This document shows, piece after piece, positions 59,338 through 64,000 of a stretch of DNA of 64,000 bases; the first letter of the stretch is position 1, and each line of letters opens with the position of its first letter. Where the stretch lies: positions 2,524,773 to 2,588,772 of the forward strand of contig WTGQ01000002.1 in the NCBI GenBank assembly GCA_011525365.1, written 5' to 3'. The notes under the pieces are model-generated. The model was given only the letters and a program-made list of their open reading frames with translations. It made no database searches and had not been told where the DNA came from. Made by a program: the position numbers and the translations under genes. This DNA comes from Acidobacteriota bacterium. GTDB lineage: Bacteria > Acidobacteriota > Thermoanaerobaculia > Multivoradales > Multivoraceae.

Positions 59338-60753
59338 TCAGGCCGAGCGGGCGGGCGGCGCGTGCGAGGCCGCCAGCCGGTCGCACTGCTCCATCAGGCT
59401 CGCCGTGACCTCGACCGGCGCCGGCCCGTGTGCCTCGAGGTCCTGCAACGCCGGCGGCAGTGAGGCCACCTCGCGCCCCGCCGTCTCACGAGCGGCGTCG
59501 AGCGCCGGCAGCGGCTCGATCAGCAGGCCGTCCTCCAGCACCGGCACGAGCAGATCGCGGCCCCCTGGATCGTCCAGGCCCGAGGCCTCCCCGCCCTCGT
59601 CGAGCGCGTGGATCACGTCCCGCTCCAAAGCCCCGGCCGCATCTCGGTAGCGCCGCACCTGCAGGCGTCCCGGCAGGGAGGCCTTGCCGACCCCGGCCCC
59701 GAACTTGAACACCGGCCGCCACGCTTCCTCGCCGCTCCGCCGGATCGCCGACAGCTTGTAGACGCCCCCCAGCGCACCCGCGCCCGCCGCCGTGACCAGT
59801 GCGGTGCCGACGCCCCAGATGTCGATTGCCGCGCCCGCCCGCCGCAACGCCAGAATCTTCTTTTCGTCGAGGTTGTCGCTGACGACGATGGCGACGTCCT
59901 CGAGCCCGGCCTCGTTGAGCCGCCGCCGCGCCGCGCGGCTCTGCAGCAGCAGGTCGCCCGAGTCGAGGCGGATGCCGAGCAGCCGCTGGCCGCGCCGCTC
60001 GAGCGCGCGCGCGGTGGCGATCGCGTGCTCGATCCCTCGCTCCACGTCGTAGGTATCGACCAGGAGAACGCAGTTGTTCGGCATCGTTTCGGCGAACGCG
60101 TCGAACGCCTCGGGTTCCGAGTCGAAGGCCTGGACCCAACTGTGGGCGTGGGTGCCCCGCACCGGAATGCCGAAGCGCTGTCCCGCCTCGACGTTCGACG
60201 TCGCGAAGCAGCCGCCGACGTAGGCCGCGCGGCTGGCGCTCAAACCGCCGTCGAAGCCCTGCGCCCGTCGCAAACCGAACTCCAGCACCGGCTGACCCGG
60301 CGCGGCGATGTGACAAAGCCGGGCTGCCTTCGTCGCCACCAGCGTCTGAAAGTTGAAGATGTTGAGCACGGGCGTCTCGATCAACTGGCCGACCAGCAGC
60401 GGCGCCTCGATTCGGAGCAGCGGTTCCCTCGCGAAGACGGCCGTGCCTTCCGGCACGGCCGCCAGCGAGACGGAGAGGTCGAGTGTCGGCAGCACCTCCA
60501 GGAAGTCCCGGCCGAACAGGGCTCGGCCGTCGCTTCCGGCAAGGCTTCGCAGATACTCCACGTCCTCGGCCTCGAAGCGAAGATCGAGGAGAAACTCCAC
60601 GACCTGCTCAAGTCCGGCCGCGACGGCGAAGCCGCCGTCGAACGGGGTATGGCGAATCGACAGGTAGAAGCTGGCCCGGTCCAGATGGCGACCGTGCCGC
60701 CAGTACCCCTGGGCCATCGTCAACTGGTAGAGGTCGGTCGTCAGAGCGCTCAC
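59338..60753 (-). CDS. pncB: nicotinate phosphoribosyltransferase
   Basis: N-terminus LTTDLYQLTMAQGYW and the NAPRTase fold motifs GTHAHSW and FGIRLDSGD. The GTG at 60753 has a GGAGG Shine-Dalgarno sequence. The upstream part of ORF 59338..61449 is rejected. Confidence 0.85.
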   Translation of the reverse strand: MSALTTDLYQLTMAQGYWRHGRHLDRASFYLSIRHTPFDGGFAVAAGLEQVVEFLLDLRFEAEDVEYLRSLAGSDGRALFGRDFLEVLPTLDLSVSLAAVPEGTAVFAREPLLRIEAPLLVGQLIETPVLNIFNFQTLVATKAARLCHIAAPGQPVLEFGLRRAQGFDGGLSASRAAYVGGCFATSNVEAGQRFGIPVRGTHAHSWVQAFDSEPEAFDAFAETMPNNCVLLVDTYDVERGIEHAIATARALERRGQRLLGIRLDSGDLLLQSRAARRRLNEAGLEDVAIVVSDNLDEKKILALRRAGAAIDIWGVGTALVTAAGAGALGGVYKLSAIRRSGEEAWRPVFKFGAGVGKASLPGRLQVRRYRDAAGALERDVIHALDEGGEASGLDDPGGRDLLVPVLEDGLLIEPLPALDAARETAGREVASLPPALQDLEAHGPAPVEVTASLMEQCDRLAASHAPPARSA

Positions 60754-62585
60754 GTCGGCGCCTCCAGCGGCTCGCGCGACGACCGGTGCTGGTACAGCTC
60801 GCCGTCCTCGAAGCCGAGCCGGCGGTAGTACTCGCGGGTGCCGACCGAGGAGATGACGGCGACCTGACCAAACCCGGCGCCGGCCGCGATGTCCAGCGCC
60901 TCGGCGATCAGGCGCCGGCCGAGGCCGACGTGCTGCGACCGTCCCTCGTCCCGCGCGCCCAGGCCGACGACCGCTCCGTAGACGTGAACCTCGCGGATGA
61001 TCGCCCTGTCCGCCAGCTCCGGGATGGAGACTCCGTCCATGCCGGCCGGCCCGGGTAGGCGAAGCCGCAGGAACCCCGCGATCCGGTCCTCCGCGGTCAC
61101 GAACTCGAGGAACGTCTCCCGGCCGCCTGACGCTTCGTAGTCCGTGCGCCGCAGGCGAAGCCGGCGAGGATCGACCTGCCGGCCGCCGACCTCGCGGGCG
61201 CGGATGTCCCGGCAGCGGACGCCGCGCGCCGACGCTTCGGCCTCGGCCACCTGACGCAGGTTCGTCGTGCGGTTGCCGGTCACGATGTCGGTGCCGGGAA
61301 TGTCGCGAATCACCCTGCTGAGGCGGCAGTAGCGCGGCGCTCCGCCCAGACCGTGGACGAGCACGTCGAGCAACTCGTCCGCCTCGTACGGACGCCACTC
61401 GCCGCGTCGGTGGTACGCCATCAGTTCCGCGCTCTCGATCAGGGAGCACGGATAGACCTTGAGTTCGTCCGGCCGCACGTCGGGATCCGCGAACAGCCGG
61501 TCGAAGTCCTCCCGGTCCCTGGCCGGCGTCGATCCGTGGAGATTCGGCATCCAGTGCGCCTGGATCTTGAAGCCGGCCTGGCGCAGGAGGCGCACGGCGC
61601 GCTGGGACCGGGCCGTGTCGTGGCCTCGGCCGTTCAGCGCCAGAACGTCGTCGTCCATGCTCTGGATGCCGATCTGGACCTTCGTCGCCCCGAGCCGCCG
61701 CATGCGCAGCGCCTCCGCCGCGTCGAGCCGGTCGGGCCGGGTTTCGAGCGACAACCCGACGCAGCGGACCGGCGAGGTCTCGTTCTCCCGCTGCGCCGCC
61801 AGCAGGTCGGCCCAGTCCGCGTTCTGCTCGCGCGCCTCCGCCGCCGCCCGCGGATGGACGGCGGTCCAGTCGGAAACGACCTGGTTGTAGCTGCGGCCGG
61901 CTGCCGCGTCCGACGAGTCGACCTCAGCGCCCCGCACCGTCTCCTCGAGCTGCCGGTAGTCCACCGCGGGATCGAAGGTCAGCAACGGATCCGCCCCCGG
62001 CCCGGACGACAGGTCGAAGAACTCATTCATCGCCTCCAGACAGCGCAGGATGAACCAGACCTGGTAGCCCTCCGGGTAGCTCGACCAGGTGCCGCCGAGG
62101 ACGATCAACTCCACCTTGTCGACCGGATGCCCGGTGTGGCGATAGGAGCGGAGGCGGGAGAAGGTCTGCCGGTAGGGATCGAACTGGTGTTCGGCGGCCC
62201 GCTGGGCGCCGGGCTCGGACGACAGGTAGCTCTTCGGCATCCGCACGTCGCTGGGGCAGAAGATGCACCGGCCCGGGCAGGGGTAGGGCTTGGTCAGCAC
62301 GGTCACCGGCGCCACGCCGCTCCTGGTGCGAACCGGCTTCATCCGCACCCGCTCGACGAACGCCTGCTCGCCCGCCGAACCGGGCCGGAGCGCGCGGTAG
62401 CCGCGGATCAACTCGCTCTTCGAGAAGAAACCCCTGCCGTTCTTCGGGTGGCGACGCAGCAGTTCCTCGAGATCACGCTCCCCGAAGCGTGACGCACTCT
62501 CGATGGCGCCGATGATCGCGTCGAGCTCCGCCGCGTGCTCTTCGGGCTCGAACGAGAAACGCTTCGGGGCTATTGTCGCCGCCAT
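60750..62585 (-). CDS. Elp3-like protein (radical SAM domain plus C-terminal GNAT acetyltransferase). Putative tRNA wobble-uridine modifying enzyme.
   Basis: Radical-SAM cluster motif YPCPGRCIFCP, TIM-barrel core, and a C-terminal GNAT with acetyl-CoA motif (RSQHVGLGRRLI). 611 aa. Its stop overlaps the pncB start. Confidence 0.75.
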   Translation of the reverse strand: MAATIAPKRFSFEPEEHAAELDAIIGAIESASRFGERDLEELLRRHPKNGRGFFSKSELIRGYRALRPGSAGEQAFVERVRMKPVRTRSGVAPVTVLTKPYPCPGRCIFCPSDVRMPKSYLSSEPGAQRAAEHQFDPYRQTFSRLRSYRHTGHPVDKVELIVLGGTWSSYPEGYQVWFILRCLEAMNEFFDLSSGPGADPLLTFDPAVDYRQLEETVRGAEVDSSDAAAGRSYNQVVSDWTAVHPRAAAEAREQNADWADLLAAQRENETSPVRCVGLSLETRPDRLDAAEALRMRRLGATKVQIGIQSMDDDVLALNGRGHDTARSQRAVRLLRQAGFKIQAHWMPNLHGSTPARDREDFDRLFADPDVRPDELKVYPCSLIESAELMAYHRRGEWRPYEADELLDVLVHGLGGAPRYCRLSRVIRDIPGTDIVTGNRTTNLRQVAEAEASARGVRCRDIRAREVGGRQVDPRRLRLRRTDYEASGGRETFLEFVTAEDRIAGFLRLRLPGPAGMDGVSIPELADRAIIREVHVYGAVVGLGARDEGRSQHVGLGRRLIAEALDIAAGAGFGQVAVISSVGTREYYRRLGFEDGELYQHRSSREPLEAPT

Positions 62586-62633
62586 GACGGGAACCTACTA
62601 CGGCGGCACCGGGCACTTGCGGGCAACGAGGCG

Positions 62634-63446
62634 ATGACGACCACGGCCGGCGAGACGGCCACCGGGACACCGTTCGAGGGGCGGGCTGCCCTGGTCACGG
62701 GCGGCGGCAGCGGCATCGGACTGGCAATCACCCGCGCCCTCGGCCGGGGCGGATGCGGCATCGCCCTCGGCGGCCGCCGCCGGGAGGTCGTGGAAGCCGC
62801 CGCCGCCGACCTGCGCGCGCTCGGCCTTCGCGCCGTCGCCGTCGCCGGCGACGTCTCGAGTGCGGACGGCGCGCGGCAGATGGTGGAAGAAGCGGCACGC
62901 GAACTCGACGGGCTGGACATCCTGGTCAACTGCGCAGGCGTCTACCGCGCCGGTCCGCTCGCCGACGAGGGCGACGAAGCCGAACCCGACCCGGTCGACC
63001 TCGTCGTCGACGTCGACCTGAAGGGCGTGCTGTTCGCGACCCGGGCCGCGATCCCCCATCTCCGCGCGGGTCGCGGCGGGGCCTCGATCGTCAACATCTC
63101 GTCGTCGCTCACCCAATCGCCGCTCGCCAACTGCTCCGTCTACACGGCCGCGAAGGCCGGCGTCGACGCGCTGACCCGCGGCCTCGCGGCCGAGCTTGCC
63201 GGCGACCGGATTCGCGTCAACGCGGTGCTTCCCGGGGTCGTGCGCACCCCGATCTTCGAGACGATCATGCCGCCGGACGAGGCCGCCGCCTTTCTCGACG
63301 GCTTCGGCGGCCAGGTGCCGCTGGGCCGCGTCGGCGAGCCGGACGACGTTGCCCGCGCCGTCGTCTTCCTGTGCGACCCGGCGAACGACTGGATCACCGG
63401 AGCCCTGCTCGCAGTCGACGGCGGGCTCAGCCTGGGCACACCGTAG
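62634..63446 (+). CDS. SDR family oxidoreductase
   Basis: TGGGSGIGLA, NCAG, YTAAKAG and PG motifs. ATG at 62634. Confidence 0.85.
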   Translation: MTTTAGETATGTPFEGRAALVTGGGSGIGLAITRALGRGGCGIALGGRRREVVEAAAADLRALGLRAVAVAGDVSSADGARQMVEEAARELDGLDILVNCAGVYRAGPLADEGDEAEPDPVDLVVDVDLKGVLFATRAAIPHLRAGRGGASIVNISSSLTQSPLANCSVYTAAKAGVDALTRGLAAELAGDRIRVNAVLPGVVRTPIFETIMPPDEAAAFLDGFGGQVPLGRVGEPDDVARAVVFLCDPANDWITGALLAVDGGLSLGTP

Positions 63447-63540
63447 CGCTCAACCAACCTGCCGGTGCGCCGGCCCTCTGGCCGGCATCCGGGCCGACGC
63501 CGCGAAGCGGCGAGGCAATACAGCCATACTCCCCTTCCCC

Positions 63541-64000
63541 ATGGGCCCGTCGACCCAAGCCGCCCTTCGCCGAATCAACAGCGACTTCTACAGCCGCCAC
63601 GCGGCCGAGTTCGACCGCACCCGCCACCCGGGCGGCTGGCCGGGCTGGCAGCGGGTTGTCGAGACGGCAGTGTCCCCCACTGGCCGCCCGCTACGTGTCC
63701 TCGACCTCGGCTGCGGCAACGGTCGCTTCGCCCTGTTTCTAACGCGGAAGCCCGAACTCCTTGGGCACACTCCGTTCACCTATCAAGGCATCGACCTCAG
63801 CAGCGAGCTGGTCGACCACGCCCGAGCGGCCACCGCCGACCTCGACCGCATCCGGTTCGAGGTCGACGACATCGAGAACTGCGCCCTCGACGAAGCGACG
63901 GTTGACCTCGTCACCCTCTTCGGCGTTCTCCACCACCTCCCGGGGTTCGACACGCGCCGCCGCACCCTCGAACGCGCCGCATCGGCCGTGGCGCCCGGCG
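63541..64000 (+). CDS. class I SAM-dependent methyltransferase (5' partial; continues past the window end)
   Basis: Motif I VLDLGCGNGRF and post-I acidic residue. The reading frame stays open to the end of the window. Confidence 0.55.
   Translation, partial: MGPSTQAALRRINSDFYSRHAAEFDRTRHPGGWPGWQRVVETAVSPTGRPLRVLDLGCGNGRFALFLTRKPELLGHTPFTYQGIDLSSELVDHARAATADLDRIRFEVDDIENCALDEATVDLVTLFGVLHHLPGFDTRRRTLERAASAVAPG

Overview
This is a 64-kb, high-GC (about 68-70% by eye) chromosomal segment from a Gram-negative-type bacterium, judging by a TonB C-terminal domain protein, several lipobox lipoproteins, a Tat-exported Rieske protein and a periplasmic PQQ dehydrogenase. I can support roughly 58 protein-coding genes. 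I found no rRNA, tRNA, CRISPR array, IS element or integrase. The large antisense and fused ORFs in the six-frame track are high-GC artefacts, and I trimmed them to internal starts with Shine-Dalgarno support.

Gene content, in order along the window:
- The 3' end of a sugar ABC ATPase and its binding lipoprotein.
- A fused double-ATPase ABC protein.
- A YfcC-family transporter.
- A bacterial myo-inositol oxygenase.
- A PrdB/GrdB-family selenoprotein that the ORF caller split at an in-frame TGA.
- msrB.
- A type-B carboxylesterase.
- An RRM RNA-binding protein.
- A DEAD-box RNA helicase.
- A MutS domain V ATPase.
- glpF-glpK.
- A crotonase.
- ppk1.
- A HAMP-PP2C phosphatase.
- A TrmJ-like methyltransferase.
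- A DEAD/DEAH helicase.
- nth.
- A YfcH-like epimerase.
- A TonB-domain protein.
- A secreted-protein / TauE / SDR / thioesterase / GT2 block.
- Two tandem AlkP-superfamily phosphodiesterases and a sulfotransferase.
- A LuxE-like / PQQ dehydrogenase / Rieske / LuxC-like cluster.
- A GNAT gene and an N-succinylamino-acid-racemase-type enolase.
- A GuaD-type deaminase, an SDR and a crotonase.
- A PncA-like, nadE, pncB and Elp3-like NAD-salvage operon.
- An SDR and a partial SAM-dependent methyltransferase.

The most interesting region is an accessory islet of about 6.8 kb (roughly 28.65-35.49 kb) whose right-hand part has visibly lower GC than its flanks. It contains a 35-bp perfect inverted repeat, an operator-like palindrome array, a class II Fic protein, and a frameshifted MmeI-family type IIL restriction-modification gene. 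It ends with an overlapping two-gene cassette of unclassifiable proteins that each carry HEPN-like Rx4H motifs. I flag that cassette as a candidate undescribed abortive-infection or toxin module.

Other notable items are the unannotated selenoprotein with a SECIS-like hairpin, the LuxC/LuxE-like pair flanking a PQQ dehydrogenase and Rieske protein, a bacterial Elp3 (radical-SAM plus GNAT) homologue in an NAD-salvage operon, and a bacterial myo-inositol oxygenase.
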